From: Protoeuglena noctilucae | Lineage: Eukaryota | DNA length: 64,000 bases | Direction: 5' to 3' | Assembly: GCA_958009085.1 (NCBI GenBank) | Contig: OY253668.1 | Span: 744,001 to 808,000 of the forward strand | Part shown: positions 1 through 12,310 of the stretch, one piece after another | Layout of the letters: the number at the start of each line of letters is the position of its first letter | Numbering within the stretch: the stretch's first letter is position 1 | Notes under the pieces: generated by a model | Databases searched by the model: none | The model's input: the letters and a program-made list of their open reading frames with translations, nothing else | Told to the model about the DNA's origin: nothing | Made by a program: the position numbers and the translations under genes

Positions 1-3000
1 GGTACGGTGCCAGCACCCCCACGTCCTCCACCCGCACCGGCTCCTCCCCGGACGCCCGGTGGTCGAGGAGGGACCGCACCATGCCCGCCAGGACGTCCAC
101 CTCCGCTGCATTGAAGAAGCTGGGGACGTCGTTGGACCGCATCTGGCGGCCGTACACGCCGTGGAAGGCGATGGCGACGCCGGGGCGCACGCAGCCGGGG
201 GCGGGGGCGGGGCCCGGGGCCCACGACACACTCTGCAGCGCCTGCTGGGGCGCGGCCGCGATGAGGCGGCCGCCGTAGAAGAGCGAGGAGGAGAGGCGGA
301 GGAGCTCGGCGCGGCTGCGGTAGTTGCGGAGCAGCGCCCCGCCCACGATGGCCGCGGGGCGGGGGCGGCCCGGGCGCGCCCAGGGGAGCCACCGTGCCCC
401 AAGGGCCGTGGCCGACTCGGCTCTCGCGCGCCACCTCTCCGCGACTGTTGCGGCGTCCGCGCCCGGGTCGGCCAGCACGTTGGACCAGTAGGGCGGCACG
501 TCCTGCTCCCGCGCCATGTCGGCACCCATCATGAGCCCCTCCAGGAGCGACACGTGGAGGCCCCGGCTGCGTGCGTAGGCCGACCGCACCACGGGGCCCA
601 GCTGCTTGGGGTCTCCGGCGAGCACCGCCGTGCCGGAGAGGCGCAGGTGGACGAGGGCCTGGAGGACCTCTGGGGCGGTGGCCTGGCCCGCCTCGTCGAC
701 GAGGACGTGGGAGAAAGAGACCGGGGAGCGGTCCCCGAGATGGGCGCCCTGGAGGATGAGGAGGTCAGAGAGGAGACCGGCCACACCGCACGTGACCACC
801 ACCACGCGCTTGCTGGCCAGCTCGTCGAGGGAGGGCAGGCGGAAGAAGCCGGTGCGAACCATGGACCCTGCAAGACGCGGAGACGCTGGCATTCACGCAC
901 AGACAGAAGCAAGCGCAGGCGGCAGCGTCATGATAGAGAGCCACGTGTGATAGGTGGCTGCGGAGCAGTGTGCCAAGTAATTGCAGACCGCCTGTGATGT
1001 GCGGGGACATGCGAGGCTCGACGCACCGTTGGGCGCTGGCTTGACGTCCAGTAAGCAGTAAAGCAGGATGCTTTCCATGGTGCGTGCCATGGGCCACCGG
1101 GGGTCGTTGACGCGCACCATGACGTCCGTGCCCACGCCAGCGCGCCTCAGGCAGTCGCAGAAGATGTCGGCGGAGTAGTTCTCTGCCGTGGCTGCCAGGA
1201 GGATGCGGCTGTTAGAGTCCCTGCGGCGCGAGGGGGCCGCACGCACACACGTCGCTCGCATGCACCCCTCGGGTCAGTGCCAGTGTCCCTCACACCTCAC
1301 TCATGCGCAATAAGACGACATGCGCAGGCACTTTACAACCACGCGTGTGCTCCTCGCCTGTGCAGGACCTGCAGCGCCATCTCGACCAGCGTGAGCGTCT
1401 TGCCGGTCCCAGGCGGCCCGAACAGCGCAAACGGCACGTCGCCGCTGGCACTGGCCAGGACCGCCGCCACCGCCGCTCGCTGCTCGTCGTTCAGCCGCTG
1501 CGGCCCCCCCGCTCTCTCGGCATTGCGCTCCTCCAGCCCGGCGCATGCCTGGGCGGCCGCCCTCACGAGGTCGCATGCAGCCTTAGGCACGTGCAGCATG
1601 TCGGCGGGCTCGACCTCGAGTCCCTCCGCCGCGCCGATGGCGTGGGAGACGTCGAGGTCGTTCACGGCCCGCGCCACCAGGGACAGCGCGCGCGTCATGC
1701 GCACGAAGGGCATGCGGTCGAAGGAGAAGCGCACGTGCACCAGCGGCGCGTCCGCCCCTGACGTGCTAGACACGGCCGCGCTGGCGAGCCACTGCCGCAG
1801 CTGCGTGGGGAGGAGCAGCAGCGCGGACGGCGGCCCCGTGGCGGTGGCGGGGAGCAGGCCGACCACCATGCAGGCGTGCTCGACGGAGACCTGGGGCCTG
1901 TGCATGCGCAGGTGCACGCTGAACCCAAAGTACAGGTCCGGCTGCTTCTCGGGCTGCCCGGGCACGTCAATGACCCCCAGGCACAGGCACGAACTAAAGG
2001 GCTCCCCGCAGGCCCGGGCGAGCGCGGCGGCCTGGTTGGGATCCGCCACCGACTCGGTGCCCACCACGGCGGCGAGGCTGGGTATGGCACCGTCGTGGGT
2101 GCGGAAAGGAGGGAGGACGTACACGCGGCGAGGCGCGGCGGCAGCATCCACCGGGACCACCGCGGCGCGGAGGCGGCACTCGAAAGCGTCCAGGCCGCAG
2201 AGGTGCACGGCGGTGGTGGCCTCCTCGAGCGCTAAGAGCCGCGTGAGGCGGCGGAGGGCGCGCACGGTGGACGGCGCCGCGGCGGGGCGGGCGCCCGGCC
2301 CCGGCCACAGGTTGGCCTGCGCGCCCTCCATGGCCGGCATGGCTAGGGGCGCGGCGGATGCGGGCAGGAAGGGCGGGCCCAGGAAGCGCCCGGACCCGGG
2401 GGGTGACTCGGGGGGATAAACCCCTGGTGGCACCTGGCGGGCGTTGAGGCCGCACGCCAGCGAGGCGAGGGGCAGCCCCGGAGACAGCGCCTGAGTGGGG
2501 AAGAGCATGACATGGGCGCAGCTGAGGGGGACGCACGGGGTGTCGAACACGGCGCGCAGGGAGGGCGCCACGAAGCCCTCCACCTCGGGGTCGAGCTCTC
2601 TCCTCGACGAGGCCGGCGCGGAGCTGGACACCGCGAACACAACGCGCCGGCTGGCGAGCTCTAGGGCCGAGGGTGGCCCGTCGCGCTCCTGGGGCGCCAC
2701 CACCGCCACCAGCGTGAACTCGTGCACGCCCAGCGTGGCGCCTGGTCCGCCGCGCACCGCCACCGTCAGGAAGTGCACAGCCCCCGGCTCGAGGAGCACG
2801 GCGGGGCGCCCGGGGCCGGCACCACCGGTGGTGGTTTCGACGCCCCCGTCCTTGCCCGCCACCGCTGCATTCCCCTTGGGAGGCCCCGCAGCGCACTTGG
2901 AAGGCCACTCCTCGAAGAACTCTGGGCTGGTCCCCGGCGCAACCGCGTCTTTCGCCCATTCGGGGGTCTCTGGGCTGTCCGCCAGTCCCGCCCCTTCCTC

Positions 3001-4240
3001 GACCTCAACCTCTTCCTCCACCAGCAGCCGCACCGCCTCCCGCTCCAGAGCCTCCGCGACCTCGTCTTGCTCCCTCTCCAGCTCTGCCTCGGGGCTCGCT
3101 GCGCCCAAAGCGCCTCCGTCGCCCCCCGCACCAGCCACATCCTCCCCAGCTGCGCCGTCATCCGCAACTGCGCGGTCCTCAACGGCGGCACTCGATGCCA
3201 GGTTCACGCCCGGGAGGCCCATGTCATCAATCAGCACCGGGCCCATGGGCAGAGGGTCGGGGTGGAGGAAGGCGCCACAGAGCACGAGGGGCTGCTTGCC
3301 CGTGTTGCGGATGGCGATGCGTCGCACCCGCACTTGGCTCGCACGGAACGCAGCGTCCCATGCGCCGCCTTGCGCGTCTTTGCCGTCGCTGGCGCTGCCT
3401 ACGACAGTGCCCATGTCGCAGACGGGCGGGCCCATGTCCAGGCCCAGGGGAGACGCGGCCTGGGTCCCGGGGGCGGTGCCCCACAGCGCGGCCGTCATGC
3501 GTGCGGCGAGGGAGCCGTCCGCCAGGGCGGCTGTGAAGGCCGCCGGAGCCGAGCAGGCAAGACCCTGGGGGCAATCCGCTGGGTCGGGGGTCGCATGCAC
3601 GCGCTGCGGGGTCAGCCCGGCCGAGGCGGGGTCCGCGGTCGTGATGGCGATTTCTGCTGCCAGTTGCTGCGGCGACAGGGGTGGGGGGGCGCGTGAGTGG
3701 CAGATGCGCGAGCAGCGCGGCGCTGTGACGCGACCGGCCGCACGGGCCCAGCTTGCTCGCCTCCATCACGGCACCCTGGCGGGTGTCTAGAGCCGGGAAC
3801 ACGTCGATGATCATGCCCTCCTCTGCGATGACGAGCCCTCCGAGCTCGCCAAGCTCCTCCCCATCAAAGTACGCCTCCTTTAGCAGCATGACTGCTCGGC
3901 AGAGGACCGCGTGCGCCTCGTCCTCGGCCAGCGCGATGCCTCGTCGTACCGATGCGACGGTCACTTGAGCGGGGGCCCGACCCCGACGCAGCAATCGCGA
4001 GGGCCAGGTCTCGGGCATCATACACGCGAGCGCGAGGGCCTCGGCGCCCACGCAGGCCATCAGTCCGCCGAGCGCGGGGTACAGCTCATTCACATGGTTC
4101 TGCGACGAGAAGAGCGACGGAGATTTTGCCAGGGGAGAGCCAGCGGCTGCACTGGGGACGAGCTCCAGCGATGCACGCTCACGATCAGCGCAGAGCTCAG
4201 CGTTGGCACTGCCGGCCGCAACGCGGCAGGCGGAGCCCAT
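1..4240 (-). CDS. SDE3/MOV10/Armitage-like UPF1-family (SF1) RNA helicase; multi-exon, 3' end runs off the window start
   Basis: Minus-strand exons give LNDEQRAAV...LFGPPGTGKTLTLVE (Walker A), RILLAATAENYSAD, HVLVDEAGQA, LAGDPKQLGPVVRS, LLRNYRS, SFFNAAEV and VGVLAPY at the window edge. Start codon approximate. Confidence 0.85.
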
Positions 4241-4581
4241 GATCCCATCATGAGGTTCACGAACAGAAGGTCTGATGCGACGTATCGCGGACCGTTTGCA
4301 ACCCAGCCTTCGCGAGAGCACAGTAGCAGTCCAGGGGCAGCGGCAGCTCAATCACAAGCAGCAAGAGCTATGCAAGGCAATGGTGTACTTTGCGTCTCGC
4401 GTCTCGGCCAATGCAGGCGTTTTGGTGGCTTAAGTGCCCGCAGGGGCGCCGTCTGGCGAAGGGCTGGCGCGGACTGCCCCTGATAATTCATAGATTGAGG
4501 CGATTCGCTTGCCGCGACCTACAACGTGACTGGTAGCACGCATCTGTGTATCAGCGTGGAGTCACATCGCGACACATCCAC

Positions 4582-5943
4582 ATGTTTGGGGCCCTGTGCT
4601 CGAAGGCGTTATCCTCAGCACTGCAGGCCCGACGGTGGATCGTGTCGAGCATCAGTGCGGCACCATCTTCAAGCACCTCTCGGCGTTGTCGCGGGCTGGG
4701 ACAGACCTGTGCGCGGGGCGCACAGGCCAGGATGGTGGCGGATGGTCAAGTTTGGTCCGGTGAGAGATGCCATCTGCCATCGCCGCGTCATCCTCGACGC
4801 TTGAGGCACGCGATGGGCGCCGCTGCACTAGTTCCAGACTCCCTCGTTGGCGTGGCGAGGGTGCGACCCACTCTGCCGCCATCCTCCCGACACGCGGGCG
4901 CTCCTGGTTTCGATCTCAGGGGCCGGTTTGTCTCAGGACGAACTGATGCATAAGGATGAATGCATCCTGGTGGATCCTAGCGACCGGATTGTGGGCCACG
5001 GGTCCAAGTACGCGTCGCACCGCTTCGAGGGCGACCAGCCCTTCGGGAGGCTGCATCGGGCGTTCAGCGTATTCCTCTTCGACAAAAACGATCGTCTCCT
5101 GCTTCAGCAGCGTGCGTCGACCAAGGCGAGCGGGGATCCGCGGTGCGCTGGCCCTGCGTTCATCCGTCCCTGCTCACACCCACCGCGACCGCTCCTCACT
5201 CCCCTCCTGCCCTTCTCTAGATCACCTTCCCTTCCGTATGGACCAACACGTGCTGCTCGCACCCGCTGCACGGCTACAGCCCCAGCGAGGTCGACACGGA
5301 CGAGGACATCGCGGCGGGCACCGTGCCAGGGGCCAAGCGCGCGGCGGTGCGCAAGCTCCACCACGAGCTCGGCATCGATCCCGCTCAGGTGACGCTTGTA
5401 TGTGTTCTGCACTGCTAGACAAGGGTGCAGAGACTCGCTGCCGTGAGGGCGACAAAGCACGGTCTCGTCGGCTTGCCACTCGCAGCTGCCCCTGTCGAGC
5501 TTCAAGTACCTGACGCGACTGCACTACTGCGCGAACGACGTGGAGTCCCACGGCGCAGAGAGTTCCTGGGGAGAGCACGAGATTGACTACATCTTGCTTG
5601 TCCAGGTGAGTGGCCCTCACCCTCACCTCGCGTGTGCCTGCGCCAGTCGCGAGGTTCTGGCTGCCGCGACACGGTTCGTTGTGGCCGAGCGTCGCAGGCG
5701 CAAGTGGACCTGGCGCCAAATGCCGATGAGGTCGACGACGTGCGGTACGTCACGCCTGCCGAGCTGGAGGCCATGATGCGGCCCGAGAGTGGCCTCCGGT
5801 GGTCGCCGTGGTTCCGCATCATCGCCGAGCGGTTCCTGCCACAGTGGTGGGCCGACCTGCCCGGGGCGCTGGGCTCGGATCGCCACGTGGACGCCAGCAC
5901 CATCCACCGCATCATGGTGCCAGAACAAGTGCTGCGGCAGTGA
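4582..5943 (+). CDS. IDI: Isopentenyl-diphosphate delta-isomerase (type I) with N-terminal transit peptide, 5 exons
   Basis: [67 protein letters not shown]; Ser/Ala/Arg-rich leader from ATG 4582; splice phases consistent. Confidence 0.95.
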
Positions 5944-6155
5944 GGCCCTAGTCCTTAGTGGGAGATGCATCGCAGCGCGCCTATCCATGCATTCTCCCGA
6001 CACAGCCTGTGGATGCTATGTCCTGCTTCAATGCGAGCGGCGGACACGGTGCTATGGTCTGCCTCGGAACTGACTCTCACATGGGCGACTGGCAGCTCGT
6101 GCAAGGGGTTAGTGACGCAAAACAGCAGCTGAGGATGCCCCCGCTGTCAGGCGAA

Positions 6156-8430
6156 TCACAGATCACGCAGAACCATCGCCTCCGTCTGGCGAGTGTGGAG
6201 GCGCTTGGAGACGCGCATCTGCGGCGCACACGCGGGGTGGGAAAGGGTTTGGTCACGATACCAGCGGTGTTGCCTCGCTTCACGATTCGACATGCAAGCG
6301 CACCACCGATGACGGCACATCCGCATCAATACCACGCCGCTCTGACACTCCTGGTCAGCATTCACACGCACTGCTTCTCACCGGGGTGACGCTGTCCTGG
6401 TGCACGGAGGACTTGCGCCTGCCAGCCGACTTGGGCCTGGCCGCGCCGTACCCCAGCTCCGCCTCGAAGTTCAGCCCCGGGCGCGCGAGGGGCGTCCCGA
6501 ACTCCGGCGTCGCGGGGGTCAAGGCACCACGCGGCGTCGCCACCTCCTCAACCTCCTGCCCGCCACTCTGCTCCTGCTCGGGCGCGGCGGATTCCGCCGA
6601 CGCATCGTCCGCGATCGGCGCGGGGTCTGCGGCTGTGCTGCCGGACAGGGACCACCAGACGGACGCGAGGACGGCGGCACCGATTGTGACGGCCCACACG
6701 GCGGCGGACGGGTGGAGGGCGGCCCAGGAGGGCACAGACGTAGACACGGCAGCGGCAGGGGCAGAGGCCGACGCCGCAGCGGACAGGCCGACCAGCACCG
6801 CCGCGGCATGGGCGTAGGCGTATGCCCAGTCAGCAGCGTCGACGGCGGTCTGCGCGGCCCAGGCAGCCGCGTGGGGTCCGTGGACTACGGCACCCTCGGC
6901 CGCCCACCAGCACGCGCCGGCGACGGAGGCGGGCACGTAGGGCCGCACGGCGTCGACGGCGTCCGCCATCCAAGGGTGGGCCGCCAGCAGCGCCTCCAGA
7001 GGCGTCAGGACCGGCGCAGAGGGCGCGTCAGCGACGGGCGCGAGTCCGACGGCGGCGAGGGCGCGGAGGACGAGGCCGTGGATGCGCACGAAGGGCGCCG
7101 CGAGGCTGGGGGACGAGGCCAGGACGATTGCCAAAAGGACCTGCAAAGACAGGGCCGGGAGGATGATGGGTGAGATGGGAACCAGCACTTGAGCTGGCAC
7201 AGGGAACACGGGGGCGCTTTGCGTAGGGACCTTGAATGCACACAACTCGGACACCTCCCGCTCTGTCCCTAATCAAGCAGAGCCTCACCGGCAGGACCAC
7301 GATGGCGTAGGCGACCAGCGCCCCACGCACGTTCCAAGCAGGCCCCTCGACCTCGCCAGGCGCGCACTCCTCTCCGATTACGGGGGTCGCCGGGGCAGCG
7401 TCCTCGGAAGGGGCAGGGCCCTCGACGGCCTCGTCCGCCCCCTCGGCCCGCCGGACCAACTCTCGTTCCAGCGCGTCCCGGGCCTCGAGCTCGAGGCTCT
7501 CGTCGTCGCCGTCCGCGTCGCTCTGCGCCTCGGGTTCCATCACCGGAGAGCCAGGCTTGGTCGCCGCCCCCGCCTCCCCTTCCTTGTGGGGGCTCTGCGG
7601 GGCGCTGGGCGCGCGGCTGCTGGCCTTGCTCCGCAGCGCCTGCTTGACCTCGGACCACGCGGCGGGTGCGGCCGGCGCGGCCTGCGCCGCCAGCGGGGTG
7701 TTGGCGGGGGCGCGGGGCTGCGCCGTGGCCCCCTCCTCCGCGGGCGAGACCGCCTCCGAGGCCTCCTCTGCGCCCCGGGGCTCCGTGCCGGGCTGGTACA
7801 TGGGGTTCAGCGTCATGCACACGGGGCTAGGGGCCAGCTCCTTGCCCGGGGTTGTGTCCCTGCGGGCAACAAGGCACACGCCGTGACAGGACCGAGGGCT
7901 GCGGGCGTGGCAGAGAGCGAGTGAGCAGGTCTTGGCGATGTGAGCGAAGCATCATTCGCACCGCACCCGAGGGTGTCGAACCCATCGAAGGACACGGGCG
8001 TCCGGGCGTCCTGGGCGTGGGCAGCGTCCTCGTCCGAAGAGTCGAGGTACGCGCTGCTCGCTTCGCTGCCCGAGGCCTTCGCCGTCGAGTTGGTCAGGGG
8101 CGTCTTCATCGACGGCGCGTCCGACGGGGTCTGCGCGGCGAGCATGCTCTGCGGGGCACGGGGGATGCGGGTCACATCAGGCGCGGGCCTCAGCGGCCGT
8201 CGCTGAGGGCGTCGCGCAGGCTCGCGCATGTCTCATGCGACACTGAAAGGGCCTCCGCAGTCTCGGTCGAGGTCGCGGCGGTCACCTGGACGGCCGGGCT
8301 CAGAGGAGGCGTGGCGGGGGCGCCCGCGAACTTCCCCGCGGCAGTGCGCACTTCCGGCCGCGCCCCATACGGATTCATGACTGGGTGGTACTCCTGCGGG
8401 GCGCGGGCGATGCGACAGCGGTCCACGCGG
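6156..8430 (-). CDS. Hypothetical multi-exon protein: low-complexity acidic/Pro-rich N-part and 2-3 hydrophobic segments
   Basis: Coding-like ORF segments 7813-8150, 7290-7860 and 6385-7140 bounded by GT/AG sites; hydrophobic stretches ALVAYAIVVLP|VLLAIVLA and AVWAVTIGAAVLASVWW. No family recognised; both ends uncertain. Confidence 0.45.
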
Positions 8431-9095
8431 GCTGGGGGGGCAGTAACAACACACTCCCACGTGTTGTTACTGCTCGCCGTGGCGCCCTCTGACACGAGAG
8501 CTACCCCTCCTGCTCCACCGGGGGATGATGCAAGGGGTAAGAGATGCATGTGTGCGATGCGGGGAGCGCGGTCGGTGCGGTCGGCGACTCGTGGCCGGTC
8601 ACGTCAGCTTAAAAGTCACAACGGCCCCGCAGCTGCTTTATCGCAGTCGCGGAACCAAGCCGCCTCTCAAACGTACCTCCATGTTGACGACAGCGATCCC
8701 GTCTTGGGCCGCCAGCCCAGGGCCGGCGGAAACCATTTGCGGCTCGTCGACTGGGCAAGCGGGCCCGGAAGAAACTGCAGTGCGGCGAAAATTCGAGTGA
8801 TTGAGTGCAGAGATTCTGCCCTGCACCCCCATGTCGTTTTCTTCCCTTCAGGCTGCCCCACCCGTCTGACTTTGTATGCCCTTGAAGCCCCGCCGGGCTA
8901 TCTAAGCCAATTTAGGGGCTAGATCAGCTCCATTTTTGCTACTTCAACCCCCCCCCCCCCCCCCCCCAGTGTGCATCCGCGCCTACGCCTCGCGGTCAGG
9001 TGGCTGGCCCAGCCATGCACATCCACACGAGACGTGCTCCCAACATGAGGCGGGCAAAGGCTTGCATGCGCGTCGCATGCCCCTACCCTCAGCCC

Positions 9096-11652
9096 TCAGA
9101 ACAGCTTGGCCCAGTGCATGAAGGCCACGATGCCGGTGAAGATGATCCCGCACCCGATGACGGACGTCCACGTGACGACGAGGAAGTCCTGGTAGGACGA
9201 CTGGTGCGTGTTGTTGAGGTTCATGCCGAAGATGCTGCAGATGCACGAGACGATGGCCAGGCAGAAGGTCGCAGAGGTGAGGACGATTTGCATGATCTGC
9301 GGGCGACGCGGGGTGGACGATGACGAGCCTGGCTTGTGATGTTGCCGCAGCCCTTGCTGCAAGCCAAGGTATGCATACTCAAACGCAGAGATGCCGTGAA
9401 CAACATGGCCATTCCCCATCTCCGCCGCACCAGCAGCTGGTTGCGCTGGCTGTCCTGCTTGATGTTGACGAAGTCCTCCGTGTCGTCGATGTACTCCGCC
9501 AGGGTCGCGAGCTTGTTGTACATCACGTCGACCTGCGAGCGAGGTCTCTCGTCTAGCCATCCTCGTCTGCAGACTCGCAGACCAGAAGGCCAGCGTGACA
9601 CCGACAGCTGTCGCAAGCGTATGGTAACTGCTTGCTTGCCTGCATAAAGTAGGCCTCCAGGAGCATCTCCACCTCGTCCACGATGCCCTCCTCCACCTCG
9701 CTCTCGATCGAGCTCTTGCTGCGCGTGCTCTCGGACCGCCCGTCCGCCGACAGAACCTGGGAGTGGCGCGCCAGTGTGGCCGTGCGTCCCCGGCCGCGCG
9801 GGGTCGGCGGGGCGCCGGGGGACCCACCCGGCGGAGCGTGCTCTGCGCGTGAGAATAGAGGGGAACCTCGTTGTCACGGAGCGGTCCCTGTCGACGGCGC
9901 TATGGCGGATCGGGTTGACGGGTCGACGGCAGCGAAGCAGGAAACGATGAACAGCATACCAGTCAACTGAAGCCGCCCCGTTCTCACCCGTCGGCCCCTC
10001 CTCGTCGTCGCCGGCCGCCGTCGACCGCGCCTGCTCCTCGAGCATCTCGTGCACGCGCTCGTCGATCACGGCCTTGCTCGACAGGTACATGTCGAGCATG
10101 TCGTCGTCGTCGTTCAGGTACCGCTCCAGGATCTCCCGGATGCTCTCCACCCGCGCCTTCGCAACAGAGAGAGTTGCCAAAAGGTGGCGGTGATTGGCGA
10201 AGCCTGCATCCAGCCAGCGCCAGCGGTGATGTGCATGTGTGTGCATGACCCCCGCACCTTCAGTCGGGTCATGCGGCTCTTGATCCGCCGCACGCGCTCC
10301 AGGTTGACGATCGTCACGTGGTGCGACAGGGCGTCCAGGGCCGGGTGCGCTGAGGCCTCCAGGTCGGCCATGAGGCCCTCCAGGTGCTTCGCGACCGCCT
10401 CCAGCGCCACCTCCAGGCACCGCAGCTCGAAAGGGGCCGGGTCCTGCGAGAGAAGGGATGCACACGCCTCACGCTATGCACGCACAGAGCAAGCGCCTGC
10501 GTCCGCACGCCGTCGATGGCTCTCTGCCGCCCCCGGCACCGCCCCTCGCCTGCGTCTTGTCGTCCGCCGCAGCTGCCAGGTGTGCGGCGCGGAGTTTCCG
10601 CTCGAGCTGCTCCACGAACGGCACGACGTCAACGTTGCCGAAGTCGAGCACGAACACCTCGTCGAGGCCGATGATGCACTTAATCTGCTCGAGGTTAACG
10701 ACCATGGCGCGCTCGCGGCACAGGATGGCGCTGGCGTAAGACCCCGAGAGCTTGGGGTCCAACACGCGGAGGTCCCGCAGGGGGACGCCCATGCGCCGGG
10801 ACGTGGCCAGCTTGTTCATCTGCACCGTGACCATGTTGCCCGTGCGGTCGATGCACAGCCACGTCTGCACGCCCCCGTGGCCCCGGGCGTACGTGTCGAG
10901 CTGCGAGCAGAGGACGGGCCGGGCCGTGACGGTGCAATGGGGCAGCCATCGCGCCAAACCCGGCGAGTCGAGATCATCACATCCCAGAAAGTGACTGAAC
11001 GAAAGTGTCACACGGCCCAAAAGCGTCCTGGATGGCAGGGGACGGATGCCACACATGCGCATGCACGCGCCCCATGCTCTCACACCTTGGTCCTCTTCTC
11101 CCGAGGCTGCGCTCGAGGTCCGGTGCCCTGCGGCCCGGCCAAATTGGGGAACGAGACGCTCTTCCGGCGCAAAATCACGTCGTCCCCGTCGTGCCTGCGG
11201 AGAGGCGTGGCCCAAGCCATCTCGAGGCGCAACCATACGCCTTGCGAAGCCGTGTCGTTGTTACACCGGTAACTTATTCGGAAGATCAGCGCCGGAAAGC
11301 GGGGAATCGCCACGAAAGCGCGACGCTGAGGCGCACGCGGGGCGGCAGCCCACCCGTCATGGCCGCCGCCGTCCGCTCCGCCCGCGTGCTGCCCGCCAGC
11401 GTTCCCTACGCTCACGACCTCGACGTAATGCTCCTCGCCATGCTCTTCCCCGTGGTCGTGGTCGTGGTGGAAAGAGCTGCCACCGTGGTGACTGAGGCCC
11501 ATGACATCAGCGGCGCCCGAGGCCACGGAGGGCCCCTGATCTCCAAAGTACCGCTCAAGGGGCGTTTGCTGAGGGAGCTCCAGGCTCTGACCCCGAGGGG
11601 AGCGCCCGGCCGGGGACGAGCCCCCGGCATGCCGGGATCCGCTCGACGCCAT
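9096..11652 (-). CDS. MRS2: MRS2/CorA-family Mg2+ transporter, copy 1
   Basis: [79 protein letters not shown] motif (SIFGMNL). Confidence 0.93.
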
Positions 11653-12310
11653 CGCAGCGGGTCTGCAGGACGCAGCCGTAGGGAGCCTGACTCGTTCATA
11701 TGTCCTTCCGAACCTCATAGGCGGCCACGTAGTAACACCAGGAGCCTCACCTCACTCACGCCGGCCCGCTGCGCGATCCCAGGGACGGCCCGGTCACCCC
11801 ATCAGCGCTGCGGGCGCGTCAAAGGCAGGAGAGGCGTAATCTCCAAACCTGGACCAGCCGAGGTCATGCAGACGGAGAAATAGTCGCGAATGCGCCCCGC
11901 GGCCCCCGCAACAAGATGCGCCACGCCAACCCCCCCACCCACGCACCGAAAACAACAAGCCCTGCCCCCCACGCGCCACGTCGAAGAGAGCCGCAACAGG
12001 AGGACTTCGCGGGCGCCGTCTCGGCGTGCGCTCGCGCCTGCAGCGTGCGCTCGCGCCTGCAGCCCCTCGAAGAAGACGACTACATCGAGGTGCGCCCTCG
12101 ATCGCAAGCGACAGTCTCACGTTGTTGTATGTGAACCATCGCCGCGACTGGCGCGGTCCCTTATGCCCGGTGTGAGCCGCCACCCAACGCCAGCAGGCAG
12201 GTGTCAGGGGAACATCACAGGATTTCGAGCGTTTTTCAGAACAATCTCTTTGTGCGACCCATCAACTCTCCAAGGACGGCATCCGCGCATTCATCTCTTC
12301 GAAAAGACCA

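Noticed and set aside
11990..12095. Orphan exon-like segment with a 19-bp tandem duplication between the MRS2 copies
   Set aside because: No partner exons or recognisable protein; cannot be supported.
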